A DNA stretch of 55,581 nucleotides from a virus. Lineage: Duplodnaviria > Caudoviricetes. The stretch lies in IMG/VR virus record IMGVR_UViG_3300032893_000059, positions 1 to 55,581 of that record; one strand, written 5' to 3'. The notes under the pieces are model-generated. The model had not been told where the DNA came from, made no database searches, and saw only the letters and a program-made list of their open reading frames with translations. A program made the translations under genes and the position numbers. Below are positions 26,548 to 35,921 of the stretch, in pieces; position 1 is the first letter of the stretch, and each line of letters starts with the position of its first letter.

Positions 26548-28236
26548 TTATGCGTTGAGGCGCGGGTTGACGAAGCCAATGGGGATGTCGATGTTTTCGC
26601 TGTAGCCCCTGGGCACGACCGACACGGTCGCGGTCAGGGTCGCGTCGGACAGTAGGTCGGCGTCGGGGTCGAGGACGACGGTACATCCCGAGATGTCGTC
26701 CTTGGCGCTGCCTCGCTGGCCGGTCATCGCGCTCTTGATCTCGTGCTCGACCTTGCCCTCGACGAGCGCGGCGTCTCGTCGGTCGATCTTGCCGGTGTCT
26801 GGATCGATCCTCCAGTCCCCGTTGAGGTAATCGGTCAAGGCATGCTGGGCGATGGTGGCAGCGCGGTCGATGACCCGCACGAACTGGATCGCGTGGTAGT
26901 CGCTGGTGGGCACGTCCATGGTGTTGCCGCGGGTGACGTAGTAGCCCGCGCGCCCCGGAATGGTCCGCAGGGTGACGAAGCGCGAGCCGTCGAACGTGTC
27001 CGCGACGGTGCCGCCGCCGTAGGCCAGGTCGATGCTCTGGACGCCCGGCAGCGCTCCGCCCTGAACAAAGCCGGGGTGCGTGCTGTACTTGGTTGCCGCG
27101 ATGCGGGTCGTGTACTCCCAAGCCGCGTTGCGCTTCATCAGAAGCCCGGTGTCGGCCGAGGTCAGCTCGGATAGGCCGATCGCAATTCCCAGCCGGCCGG
27201 TGTTGCTGACCAGGTTCGCGAAAGCTGCCTGCACGGTGGCGTCGGCCTCGACGGTCGGGCATTCCGACACGCCCCAGATGTACCGGAGGTATTCGGTCTC
27301 CGCGCTCTGCAGCTCTCCGTCGAGCATGGTGGCGAACGTGTACGCGCTGGCCGCGGTCGCGGGCGTTCCCACGATGTGGATTCCCTCGAACTCGTATGCG
27401 CTCTGCAGGGCCGCTTCGATGGCGTCCTGGGCGTCGGCCGAGGTGAAAGACGGGCCCGTGGTGGTTCCCGTGAAGATGTCGTCCTTCACATAGGCGGCGT
27501 CCGAGAACGACAGCACCACGCCGGCGTTCGGGATCGCGAAGGTGGCGGCGGTGGTGTAGACGCGCGACACGTTGTTGCCGCCGTCGAGCGAATAGGTGAA
27601 CTCAGCCGTTCCCCGCGCTCCCGCCTTGGTGATGGTCACCAGCAGGCGGTATGCGTCCACTGGGCTCGATGCTTGCGTGACGGTATCCGAACCGCCCGCC
27701 GTGACCGTGACTGCTCCAGCGGTCGTTACGGTGTAGACGTCATCCTTGCGATAGGTACCCGGCGCGAAGATCAGGTTGGTGAAGGTACCCGGGACCCGAT
27801 AGGTCCAGGTAGTACCGGCGCTGGCCACGCTCGGGCTATACGCGCCGCCACCCACCGAGAACTGGAACTCGGCGGTGCCCACGGCGCCAGCCTTGGCGCA
27901 CTTCGCGAGGATCTGCGCAACGGGGCCGCCTGCGCCGGTCGGCACTCCTGCCCCTGTGCCCTGTTGGGCGAGGGCGCTCACGGTTCCGAGTGTGGTAATC
28001 GGCACATTGATGGCCAGGACAGTGGCACCGCTGCGGCGGGTCTGGTTGACCACGCAGTCGCAAAGCGGGCCACCCTTGAGCAAGCGCTTTGCCACCGTGC
28101 TGCCCGAGCAGACTTGGATCGTGTTGGCGTCGCCCAAAAGGGAGATGCCGACCTTGACCGAGGCCTTGCCCGCGCCGCTGGTGACGATGCCGAGGCCGCC
28201 ATTCAGGAACCGAGCTTTTACGGATGGAAGCGACAT
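26548..28236 (-). CDS. Contractile tail sheath protein (DUF2586-like)
   Basis: LPSV....NGGLG N-terminus; RFVTLR...G.GYY..G...SDY..I..RVIDRA C-terminus. Confidence 0.88.
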   Translation of the reverse strand: MSLPSVKARFLNGGLGIVTSGAGKASVKVGISLLGDANTIQVCSGSTVAKRLLKGGPLCDCVVNQTRRSGATVLAINVPITTLGTVSALAQQGTGAGVPTGAGGPVAQILAKCAKAGAVGTAEFQFSVGGGAYSPSVASAGTTWTYRVPGTFTNLIFAPGTYRKDDVYTVTTAGAVTVTAGGSDTVTQASSPVDAYRLLVTITKAGARGTAEFTYSLDGGNNVSRVYTTAATFAIPNAGVVLSFSDAAYVKDDIFTGTTTGPSFTSADAQDAIEAALQSAYEFEGIHIVGTPATAASAYTFATMLDGELQSAETEYLRYIWGVSECPTVEADATVQAAFANLVSNTGRLGIAIGLSELTSADTGLLMKRNAAWEYTTRIAATKYSTHPGFVQGGALPGVQSIDLAYGGGTVADTFDGSRFVTLRTIPGRAGYYVTRGNTMDVPTSDYHAIQFVRVIDRAATIAQHALTDYLNGDWRIDPDTGKIDRRDAALVEGKVEHEIKSAMTGQRGSAKDDISGCTVVLDPDADLLSDATLTATVSVVPRGYSENIDIPIGFVNPRLNA

Positions 28237-28249
28237 GGGGTCTCCTTGC

Positions 28250-28516
28250 TTACCGAGCGTCCGCAGCGGCCACAGTTGCCGCGGCGTCGAGGTAGGTCCT
28301 TTCGTCGATGGAATCGTCGAGGGTCAGCTTGAGGCGAGCGCACACCGCACGCGCGATCCACGCCTTGCGGTTGTTGCGGACCGGCCGCATCTTGTCGCCG
28401 GGGAAGGTCTCGGGCAGATGGCCTGCCTTCTCGGCCCACGCGCGCAGGGACTGCACCTCGACCGCCGGCGCCGCTTGGGTCGAAACCTCGGGCGTTTGCT
28501 CCTGGATATCATCCAT
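28250..28516 (-). CDS. Small hypothetical protein
   Basis: ATG 28516; typical small gene before a sheath gene. Confidence 0.6.
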   Translation of the reverse strand: MDDIQEQTPEVSTQAAPAVEVQSLRAWAEKAGHLPETFPGDKMRPVRNNRKAWIARAVCARLKLTLDDSIDERTYLDAAATVAAADAR

Positions 28517-29084
28517 GGTGCGCGAGCTCCGCGTTGGCTTTGACGTCGGTGATAGTGACGGTGGGGTTGTCTTCGCGGATGAGCGGCAGCTTGAACTCCA
28601 CCACCAGCTCGCAGGCCATGCCGATGCCCGTCCGGCCACCCTTGAACCAGATGGCCTCGCCCAGCTCGTAGGACTGCTGCGAGACCCGGCGGTGAATGCA
28701 GTTCACGATCCGCGACATCAGGATCTCGGTGAGGTCGCAATCGTGGAAGGGCGTCTCTTCGTCGCTATACATGCCGTCGGCCTCGACACCGCCGCAGAGT
28801 CCGAAGGAGACCGGGATGCTGCGGTTGTGGAGTGGGCCGGGTGCCTTGGGTGCCCCGAGTCGCTGGCCCGGCAGAAACCGCTCCTTCGTGGGCCACCAGT
28901 ACACCGACGGCGGGGCCGCATCGGCGAAGTCGTCCGCGGGCCCGTAGACTACGAGCGGAAGATTCTTCGGCCCGAAGGTCGGGTTCTTGCTCCGCAGCTC
29001 GGTGAGGATCGGCATGACCACCGCGCCGATGTGGGCGACCTGCTGAGTGAGCGGGGGCGGCACCCTGCGTTCGGGATCGGCCAT
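28509..29084 (-). CDS. Tail terminator/completion-like protein
   Basis: Position between neck and sheath genes. Confidence 0.55.
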   Translation of the reverse strand: MADPERRVPPPLTQQVAHIGAVVMPILTELRSKNPTFGPKNLPLVVYGPADDFADAAPPSVYWWPTKERFLPGQRLGAPKAPGPLHNRSIPVSFGLCGGVEADGMYSDEETPFHDCDLTEILMSRIVNCIHRRVSQQSYELGEAIWFKGGRTGIGMACELVVEFKLPLIREDNPTVTITDVKANAELAHHG

Positions 29085-29605
29085 TACGCCCGCGCTCCCT
29101 TCTGAACCCACCGGGTGAGCAGGCCGACCGTCTCACGCTGGATCATCCGCTGCCAGGTGCCGGGAAGTCCCTGCTGCCGGTCGGGCAGCATCATCCGGCG
29201 TGGAATGACGCCAATCTGGTGACCGCCCCGCATAACCCGACCGCCGTCCTGGTGCACAGCCGCGTAGCCGGTCGGAATCGCGACGCCACCGCTGCGGCCC
29301 ATGTGGATCGGGGCCGTGCTGTTCCGCATGCGGCTGGTGTCGATGAGGATCTTCTGCCCGCGGGGCATCCGGCCGCGCCTCTCCGCCAGCAGCCGGGCCG
29401 TTCTGTCACGGGCACGCTCGCGGGCCAGCGGAGCCCACTGCCGACCGTAGGGGTCGCGCTGGTTGCGGAATGTGTCCATGGTCAGCTTCACGCCGCCGAC
29501 GGCAATGAGCTGCGCGAGCCGTGGGACGTACATGCCGAGCCGCAGGCCCTGCAGGCTGCGGTGCATGTCCGCCATGGCCTGACGGTCGTAGGTCACGCCG
29601 GCCAT
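29084..29605 (-). CDS. Virion morphogenesis protein (Mu gpG-like)
   Basis: F..QRDPYG..WAPL...ILIDT..MRNS...YAAVHQ.GG...IPRR. Confidence 0.9.
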   Translation of the reverse strand: MAGVTYDRQAMADMHRSLQGLRLGMYVPRLAQLIAVGGVKLTMDTFRNQRDPYGRQWAPLARERARDRTARLLAERRGRMPRGQKILIDTSRMRNSTAPIHMGRSGGVAIPTGYAAVHQDGGRVMRGGHQIGVIPRRMMLPDRQQGLPGTWQRMIQRETVGLLTRWVQKGARA

Positions 29606-30048
29606 CAACCGCTCCTCCCAGTGAAAGCCCCAGCGCCCGTGTAGCCGCGGCTTGGGCAAGACAGCACATCCGGCCGAGCCCCGGAAGCTGATTGGCCCTC
29701 GGTATTTGCCGAGGAGTCGGTCAGATCCGGGTGCACTCGCTGAGCCGAGATGCCTTCGAGCGTCTTGATGGCATCCTCGTAGTTATCTCGGATCAGCTCC
29801 TCACCGGGTCGCGCGGGGTTGAAACCACGGACCATCATCAGCGTATAGACGGCCAGTTTGGCGCATGTCTCGGAAAGGTCAGTTCCCCAGCGCGCGAGGG
29901 GCAACGTGTACCGAGCTCGGAGGTAGCTGTCGATCTTGGCGCTCGCCGCAGCGATCGCGCGCTGGAGCTCATTGGGGTCGATACTGCGCAATGCCTCCGC
30001 CCGAATCCCGTAGGACGTCAGGTCGTCGGCCGTGCAGTACAACGCCAT
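29605..30048 (-). CDS. Head-tail adaptor (Mu gp36/DUF1320-like)
   Basis: YCTADDL...ASAKIDSYLRARYTLPL...YEDAIKTL..I. Confidence 0.9.
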   Translation of the reverse strand: MALYCTADDLTSYGIRAEALRSIDPNELQRAIAAASAKIDSYLRARYTLPLARWGTDLSETCAKLAVYTLMMVRGFNPARPGEELIRDNYEDAIKTLEGISAQRVHPDLTDSSANTEGQSASGARPDVLSCPSRGYTGAGAFTGRSG

Positions 30049-30052
30049 GCAG

Positions 30053-30640
30053 TTATCCCTTGCCCCTGCGGCTGCGAGCCGGGATGGGCGTCGCTGGAGC
30101 TGGTTCGGTGGCCGCGGGTGGCGCGGCTGTTTCGGGCTGGGGCTCCGGCGCTTCCGCGGGCTTCGACTCTGGGGCAGCCAGTGGCGCGGCGGCCGGGGCC
30201 GGGGGCGCGTCTCGCTTCGAGAGAGCCTCGGTCAGGGACGCCTGCAGTGCCGCCAGGCGGCTATCGAGCCCGCTCTCAATTGCCTTGAGGCGGCTATCGA
30301 TACCAGCTTTGACCCCGGCCAGGTCCTCGCGCAGCTTGCGGTTCTCTTCCTTCAGCTGCTCGGTGGGATTGGCTGGCGGGAGCGTCAACTCCGCGTCGTC
30401 TGGCGCCTCGTTCTTACTCAGCAGCAGGCAATCCTGAATTTCCTTCCAGGCATCCCGTCCGATGCGAACCGGGTCGAGCATCTGGACGCCTTCGCGGGTG
30501 GGGTGAGGAATGCGCGGGCACTCGGCCTGGTCGAGGACCTCGACGACGACCGGCTTGCCTCCCGGCCAATGGCGGCCGGCGCAGCAATAGGTGCTGAAAC
30601 CCATCGACGACCGGTCCGGAGCTGTGACGGAGAACTTCAT
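30053..30640 (-). CDS. Hypothetical head-associated protein
   Basis: Follows the capsid gene; coiled coil and Pro/Ala-rich tail. Confidence 0.65.
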   Translation of the reverse strand: MKFSVTAPDRSSMGFSTYCCAGRHWPGGKPVVVEVLDQAECPRIPHPTREGVQMLDPVRIGRDAWKEIQDCLLLSKNEAPDDAELTLPPANPTEQLKEENRKLREDLAGVKAGIDSRLKAIESGLDSRLAALQASLTEALSKRDAPPAPAAAPLAAPESKPAEAPEPQPETAAPPAATEPAPATPIPARSRRGKG

Positions 30641-30675
30641 GAGTCTGCTACCTCTCATCTCGGGAAGGGCTTTTG

Positions 30676-30710
30676 CCCTCGGCCCGCCTCCCGAGGGGAC
30701 GAGCCGAGGG
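30676..30710 (-). terminator. GC hairpin after the capsid gene (possible attenuator or stabiliser)
   Basis: CCCTCGGC...GCCGAGGG inverted repeat; no U-tract on the minus strand. Confidence 0.35.
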
Positions 30711-30738
30711 TCGAAGGAAGTTAGCTACGCGGCCTCGG

Positions 30739-31719
30739 TTACGAGGCAGACAGGCGCACGCAGAGCTGCGGCAGCGAATAGCCGCCGTTGCCACGCGACT
30801 CGGCGCCGTAGATGAACTCGCGGCGCTCGAACATGTTGGGCAGGGTGGGGTCCACCAGGGCCGCGAACACCGGCGCCTTGCGGAGCTGCCACACGAACGG
30901 CTTGATCGGCCGCGCCGAGCACATGATGTACGCGGCGTTGGTCGTCAGGTACGGGTTCACGATGATGTTCTTCAGCGTGCCCCGCCAGACGTTCGTGATT
31001 CCCGCCGCGGCGACGTTCTGGTCTGCGGCGACGTTCTTCACCACCTGCGCGGTGATTTCGGCCTGTCCAATGATCTTGGCCGCGGTTTCCAGGGCCGGGG
31101 GGACCATCAGGGTGTCGGCCTGCAAAGCGAGCACCTTGCCAGCATCTCCGACGAAGGTCGCCATCTTGGCGCGGCCCAAGGACCAGGCCGCCACCGCGTT
31201 GCCGGCTGCGGCGATGTCGTACGCGGCGCCGACCAGCTTGTTGGAGAAGGTCGCCACGCCGTCAAGCCCGACCGCGTACGGGTCGCTGATCGACACCGGG
31301 TGGGACGTGTCGAAGAAGGGCTGCCCGTCGTAGCACAGGTTGGAGGTGCCACCCTCGACGATGGCGGCCATGACCTCGTCCGGCCACCGGCCGACGCTGT
31401 CGCCGAATCCCTGCACGGTCGGCCCGAAGGCGCCGTACTGGTCATCCTCGACCAAGAACTTGTCGAGGCGGATCGAGTCCTCGTAGTTCTTGTTGATGAG
31501 GGAGTAGTTGCGGAGGACGGCGTTGTTGAGCTGCCGCTCGCCGATCCACTCCTTCATCCCTGGGATCTGGGCGATCCAGTGGTAGAGCTGCTGGGTCGAC
31601 GTCGACGGCATGGTGGTGCAGTACTGGTCGACGAACTTGGGCGCCCCCGCGTACGCGCCCTGGTAGAGCGCGTTGAAGGTCGTGAAGAGCGCCTGTCCTG
31701 TGCTGGGAATGAGCTCCAT
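30739..31719 (-). CDS. Major capsid protein, Mu gpT-like
   Basis: YHWIAQIPGMKEWIGER...EDDQYG...CYDGQPFFDTSHP...KPFVWQLR. Confidence 0.95.
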   Translation of the reverse strand: MELIPSTGQALFTTFNALYQGAYAGAPKFVDQYCTTMPSTSTQQLYHWIAQIPGMKEWIGERQLNNAVLRNYSLINKNYEDSIRLDKFLVEDDQYGAFGPTVQGFGDSVGRWPDEVMAAIVEGGTSNLCYDGQPFFDTSHPVSISDPYAVGLDGVATFSNKLVGAAYDIAAAGNAVAAWSLGRAKMATFVGDAGKVLALQADTLMVPPALETAAKIIGQAEITAQVVKNVAADQNVAAAGITNVWRGTLKNIIVNPYLTTNAAYIMCSARPIKPFVWQLRKAPVFAALVDPTLPNMFERREFIYGAESRGNGGYSLPQLCVRLSAS

Positions 31720-31764
31720 GGTCTGTTGCCTTTCTTCTTTGTGACCTGGTTGAGGCTCCGCCGC

Positions 31765-32727
31765 CTAGGCGCGCACTCCGGTGATGACGAGGGTCCCCTC
31801 GCAGCCGTTGGTCGTCTTGGTCCAGTTCGCGACCAGGGTCGCGCCAGCGGCCAAGGAGCCGTAGGTCGGACTGACGCTCGCCGCGCGAACGATTGCGCCG
31901 GCCGCCTTGGAGTTGAGATCCAGGCTGTCGGTAATGTCGTGGGTGCCGTCGGTCAGCTTGATGCTGTCGGTGGCGCCGCCGGCGCTCCCCGCCTTGACGA
32001 AGTGGACGTCGAGGATCTTGAGCGCCCCGTAGGTGGCGTGCAGCATGACCGTCTTGGTCCCGCTGGCGGCGTCCGCGACGGCGATCGTGTGGACCACGGG
32101 CACGCCGCCCACGGTGGCGTCGTTCGCGGTGGCGGCGATGCGTTTTCCCGCGATGGCTTCGGCCAAAGCCGCCTCGACGGTGGTCGCGACGAACTTGTCG
32201 GCCGCGTCGTAGAGGCCGATGAGGGAGGCGCCGCCGGGCGTGGTGGTCAGGGCCAGCGCAGCGATGAGCGCCTGGCGCGCGGCAGTCTCGACTGCCAGTT
32301 GGTCGCCGTTCGTCTCGCTGAACTCGACGAGGGCGCCCAGCGTACCGACCGCGCGAAGCACGCCGGCGATGGAGCGCTGGGCGCTGCCATCGGTGCGAGC
32401 GATCGTGTGGTCGTCGTACAGGAAGACCGTCTTGTCGACGTCGGCCTGAGTGACGGCATCGCTGCCGTAGATGTCGAGCCACGCTGGCCGGCGGTCGACA
32501 CCCACCGAAAGGGCGCCGTTTCCGCCCGAGGTATTGTCGACGTCCTGCATGGCGATGCCTCGGCAAACGAGGCCCGTGCCGGTCTTGCCGGCGCAGCCGT
32601 AGCCGGTCGCCGTGTCGGTGACGACGATGCCACCGGCGAAAACCTTCTTGCCGGCGCCCAGCTTGACCGTGCTGAGGGTCAGAACGTTGGACTGCTTGGT
32701 GTCGCGGAAGCTTGCGAGTGCGGACAT
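31765..32727 (-). CDS. Head decoration/cement-like protein with C-terminal extension
   Basis: VFAGGIV...GIA...DNTSG.NG...YDDHTI; between protease and capsid genes. Confidence 0.75.
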   Translation of the reverse strand: MSALASFRDTKQSNVLTLSTVKLGAGKKVFAGGIVVTDTATGYGCAGKTGTGLVCRGIAMQDVDNTSGGNGALSVGVDRRPAWLDIYGSDAVTQADVDKTVFLYDDHTIARTDGSAQRSIAGVLRAVGTLGALVEFSETNGDQLAVETAARQALIAALALTTTPGGASLIGLYDAADKFVATTVEAALAEAIAGKRIAATANDATVGGVPVVHTIAVADAASGTKTVMLHATYGALKILDVHFVKAGSAGGATDSIKLTDGTHDITDSLDLNSKAAGAIVRAASVSPTYGSLAAGATLVANWTKTTNGCEGTLVITGVRA

Positions 32728-32766
32728 TGCATTTCTCCTTGAGGGGGTGATGGCCTCGAGCTGCGG

Positions 32767-33960
32767 CTACCCGCCGGCCCGCTGCGACTCCTTGAACTTC
32801 TGCAAGTTGGCGAGCGGCAGGCCGACCGCCGCGGCGACCTGCGCCTCTTGCGGAGTGAGCGCCACGTCGGGCTTGGGCTCGGTGGGGGCGCGGAGCTGAA
32901 CGATCGGTTCCGCGGGGATGGCGCCCTTGAGGAAGGAGAGCGCCTGAGCGGTACCCACGCTCGCCTTGAGCTTGACGATGTTCTCCTTGCTGGCCAGGCC
33001 GCCGGCGGGGGAAATCTTCCCAGCCGCGACGGCGCCGTCGAGCAAGGTGGTGAACTCGGTCTCGAGCGCCTTTGCGTCGGCCTCTGCGATCTTCTGCTTG
33101 AGAGCGACCAGCTCCTGGCCCTGGGTGACAGCAAGTGCCACCGCGCCGAGCGCTTCGGCTGGGTCGGTTTTGCCCGTCAGCTCGATGACCTTGCCCTGGA
33201 ATGCCGTCAGGGCGGTCAGCTGCGGCTTGACCCGCTCGCGCTCTTGGCGCTCCTCGTCGCGCTCGCTGAGGGTCTTGTGCTCGTCGGACTCTTCCTTGGC
33301 CCAGTCGTCGAACGACTTGCCCAGCCTCTTGAGGCACAGGGCGTTCATCTTCTCGCAGCGGGCGCCCAGCTCCTCGACCTTGTCCTTGAGGGCTTTCAAT
33401 TCTTTCTCGTCCATGTCGGTGTCCTTTTCAGGGGTGGTCAGGCCGGCGGCCACGAGGGGTTCGATCTCGTAAGACGCGGGCAGGTTGGTCAGCGCGAAGT
33501 TGATCAGGGCGGCGATCCGTCCGTCCTTGTCGGGGATGAAAGCGGGCGAGTACATGCGGTACTGGCCAGACTCCAGCTCTTTGCGGGCGTCGTCGGTCCA
33601 CTGCACCTGGGTCGCCCACAGCTCGGGCCCGCCCTGGGCATCGCTACGAATCGCGGGCACGAACTGCGTGGCGGATGCCAGCGCCTTCATGGGCGGCGTC
33701 GCGAGCGACTGGTGCTCGTAGTCGCCCATCAGCGGCACCTGCTGGTTGCGGGCCGCATAGGCCGCCATCACCGAGTGTGCGGCCACGTCGTCGAAGACGA
33801 AGTCCCCCTTCGCGGTGTGGTTCACGCCGGAGTGGAAAAGCCGAAACTCCGTCGGTGCTACTCGCTTCTGTCCCTCGGCGGGCTCGTCGAACGAGCAAAC
33901 GGCGTAGGCCGTAAGTGCGACCATCTGCTCGTGTGCTCGTCGGCGCTTTGCCTCACCCAT
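32767..33960 (-). CDS. Prohead protease/scaffold, Mu gpI-like
   Basis: DYEHQS...VQWT..A....SG.YRMYSPAF...ALTNLPA. Confidence 0.92.
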   Translation of the reverse strand: MGEAKRRRAHEQMVALTAYAVCSFDEPAEGQKRVAPTEFRLFHSGVNHTAKGDFVFDDVAAHSVMAAYAARNQQVPLMGDYEHQSLATPPMKALASATQFVPAIRSDAQGGPELWATQVQWTDDARKELESGQYRMYSPAFIPDKDGRIAALINFALTNLPASYEIEPLVAAGLTTPEKDTDMDEKELKALKDKVEELGARCEKMNALCLKRLGKSFDDWAKEESDEHKTLSERDEERQERERVKPQLTALTAFQGKVIELTGKTDPAEALGAVALAVTQGQELVALKQKIAEADAKALETEFTTLLDGAVAAGKISPAGGLASKENIVKLKASVGTAQALSFLKGAIPAEPIVQLRAPTEPKPDVALTPQEAQVAAAVGLPLANLQKFKESQRAGG

Positions 33961-33968
33961 TAGTCGGG

Positions 33969-34032
33969 GTGGTACGGCAACGTCGGGGAGCGCGGAATAA
34001 TCTCTTGACTTCCCCGGCCCAAAAGTTACCAC
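33969..34032. promoter_or_regulatory. Back-to-back promoters with TACCAC -10 boxes
   Basis: Plus strand: TTGACT-16-TACCAC (34005-34032). Minus strand: TACCAC (33969-33974) 8 nt before the protease ATG. Confidence 0.5.
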
Positions 34033-34049
34033 CTGCTCACGGGTGACTG

Positions 34050-34304
34050 ATGACGGGTAACGCTCAACTGGAGAACGCAAAGAGGACAGAAGACCCAGAG
34101 TTGGCGCCAGCCACCGCAGAGCAAGCGGCACGCGTCGCCCAGCTCATCGGCAAGCACAACAGCCTCGCGCGCACCGCAGTTCTGCTGCGAATGAGCCCGC
34201 TCACCGTGGCGAAGATCGCTGGGGGGCAAGTCCTCTCGCGCGGGTCGCGGGCGCTGCTGGCGGACAGACTGCGCGAGCGAGACGCCGCGGGAAAGGTCCC
34301 ATGA
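34050..34304 (+). CDS. Small Cro-like HTH protein
   Basis: SLARTAVLLRMSPLTVAKIAGG; first gene of a plus-strand operon. Confidence 0.55.
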   Translation: MTGNAQLENAKRTEDPELAPATAEQAARVAQLIGKHNSLARTAVLLRMSPLTVAKIAGGQVLSRGSRALLADRLRERDAAGKVP

Positions 34305-34525
34305 AGGACGGCGAGCGCCTCGTGTGGGCGGCAGCCTTCGCACAGGCGATAAGCGCCTTCGCGTTCGCCGATCCCAATGAGGCGGTGGAGCAGATGGGGA
34401 CAGCCGCCGCCAAGGCATACGGGGCGGTGGTCGCGCTTCGCAAGGCGGCCGAGGTTTTCGAGACATTCGGAGCGAAGCACGAGGGATGGGCCATGCTCAG
34501 AGACATGGCCGGCCTGTCACACTGA
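34301..34525 (+). CDS. Hypothetical protein
   Basis: ATGA overlap with upstream gene. Confidence 0.6.
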   Translation: MKDGERLVWAAAFAQAISAFAFADPNEAVEQMGTAAAKAYGAVVALRKAAEVFETFGAKHEGWAMLRDMAGLSH

Positions 34526-34540
34526 AAGGAAAAGATCCCG

Positions 34541-35077
34541 ATGAGTCAGAGCAAAGAGAACCCCGTGGCGCTGATGTCGGCGACCGTCCCCAACCCTCTG
34601 CCGGTCGGCTATAGCCTCGGCATCGATGTCCATCTGGCGGTCATGCCCAGGCGGAATATCATGATCGTTCCGGCGGACAAGCTGCGCACCGCCGACGATG
34701 GCACCACCGAGGTCCTCGTCGAAGAACCCGACAAGCCAGCAGAGTGGCGGAAACCGCCAGCACCCATCGAGGCCTGGCCGCTCGGCAAGCAGCTCCCGCC
34801 CGACAAGTGCGATCTCGTTGCCCTGCTCAACACCGTGGTTGAGGACACCATGGCGCCGAAGCTGGTGGACCTGGCGACTTGGAAAGCGCGAGGACGCTTC
34901 TCGGGCGGACCGCTGGGAGAGCTGGCGCGCGTGCCGCTGGACAAGTGGCAGGCGGCGCACCTGGGGGCGCAACGCGGAGCAGAGGCCCGGCTGATGCGGC
35001 CGCGAAAGGGCCCCCTTGGCACATCTATACCGCTTGACCTCGGCGACACCTTCGGCGAGAAGCCAGGGGATCGATGA
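34541..35077 (+). CDS. Hypothetical protein
   Basis: AAGGA RBS; 178 aa; ATGA overlap with the next gene. Confidence 0.65.
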   Translation: MSQSKENPVALMSATVPNPLPVGYSLGIDVHLAVMPRRNIMIVPADKLRTADDGTTEVLVEEPDKPAEWRKPPAPIEAWPLGKQLPPDKCDLVALLNTVVEDTMAPKLVDLATWKARGRFSGGPLGELARVPLDKWQAAHLGAQRGAEARLMRPRKGPLGTSIPLDLGDTFGEKPGDR

Positions 35078-35304
35078 AGTCACGCGTCGCCAAGAAGGTG
35101 CTTCTGCAATCGTTCAGGGGGAGGCCGTATCGCTGTTCAACGATGCGCCGTATGTGGAAATGGCTGTTTAGAAAGCACCCCGAGGTGCGTTCCCGTTCCG
35201 AGCGCGAGATGTCCGAAAGGCGCTCACGTTGGTATCATTGGATCGCCCGGCTTCCAAGTGCGGCCCAATTCGTCGAGCACAATCTGACCGGGAAGCTCCC
35301 TTGA
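35074..35304 (+). CDS. Basic hypothetical protein
   Basis: Operon packing. Confidence 0.5.
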   Translation: MKSRVAKKVLLQSFRGRPYRCSTMRRMWKWLFRKHPEVRSRSEREMSERRSRWYHWIARLPSAAQFVEHNLTGKLP

Positions 35305-35492
35305 TGGTCTCCTACCTGGCCGGCCTCTGCGAGTTCTGCGGTGAGTCCGACTCCCTGGCCACGCCCGAGGAGTGCAAGGCGGCTGGGCTCGATATCGATG
35401 TGGCAGCGTGCCGGGAGTGCCTCAAGCGCATGAACCCGGCCGCTGAGGGCGCGCCGCCGGCGCCACCACCAAAACCGCACAAGCCGAGTTGA
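35304..35492 (+). CDS. Small Zn-finger-like protein
   Basis: CEFC...CREC; TGATG overlap. Confidence 0.55.
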   Translation: MVSYLAGLCEFCGESDSLATPEECKAAGLDIDVAACRECLKRMNPAAEGAPPAPPPKPHKPS

Positions 35493-35523
35493 CGCCGCAA
35501 ACGGGCGGCGTGAGGATATCCGG

Positions 35524-35697
35524 ATGACTTGGCTATTCCCTCTCGTCGTTGTGGTCGGCGTCGCCCTGTTGGACTGGAAAGTCAACAAGGGACTGAGGCT
35601 GCTCAGGGAAGGCGTCGAGCTGCTCCGCCAACTCCGCGACGCGGCCAACCGCAGCGAGCAAGACAGCCTTGACCAGCGGGCCGATGGAGTGGACTAG
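35524..35697 (+). CDS. 57-aa single-TM protein
   Basis: MTWLFPLVVVVGVALLDW...; not in the ORF track. Confidence 0.5.
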   Translation: MTWLFPLVVVVGVALLDWKVNKGLRLLREGVELLRQLRDAANRSEQDSLDQRADGVD

Positions 35698-35759
35698 ATC
35701 CGGACGCCGAAGGCGAAGGTGGTCCACCCGATCCGGCCGACAAGCCTCCAGTGCCCTGA

Positions 35760-35918
35760 TTACCGTGGCACAGGAGGAGGGACCGCCGGCGCCTCGCTCT
35801 CGTCGCTCGGAGCAAAGCCGCCCACGTCCCGCGCTTGAGGATTCCCGTCCTCATCGACATAGAACGGGTTCTCTTCCAGCTCGCTGTCGTCGATCGTCCG
35901 TGGTCGGTCCTGTGGCAT
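35760..35918 (-). CDS. 52-aa acidic protein downstream of MuF
   Basis: AAGGAG RBS; MPQDRPRTIDDSELEENPFYVDEDG...; not in the ORF track. Confidence 0.5.
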   Translation of the reverse strand: MPQDRPRTIDDSELEENPFYVDEDGNPQARDVGGFAPSDESEAPAVPPPVPR

Positions 35919-35921
35919 GGC

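Noticed and set aside
30673-32742. Long plus-strand ORFs (689 aa here; also 2261-3556, 32848-33963, 39368-40576 and 44637-46256)
   Set aside because: These are antisense or off-frame shadows of well-supported genes, typical of high-GC DNA, with no recognisable motifs
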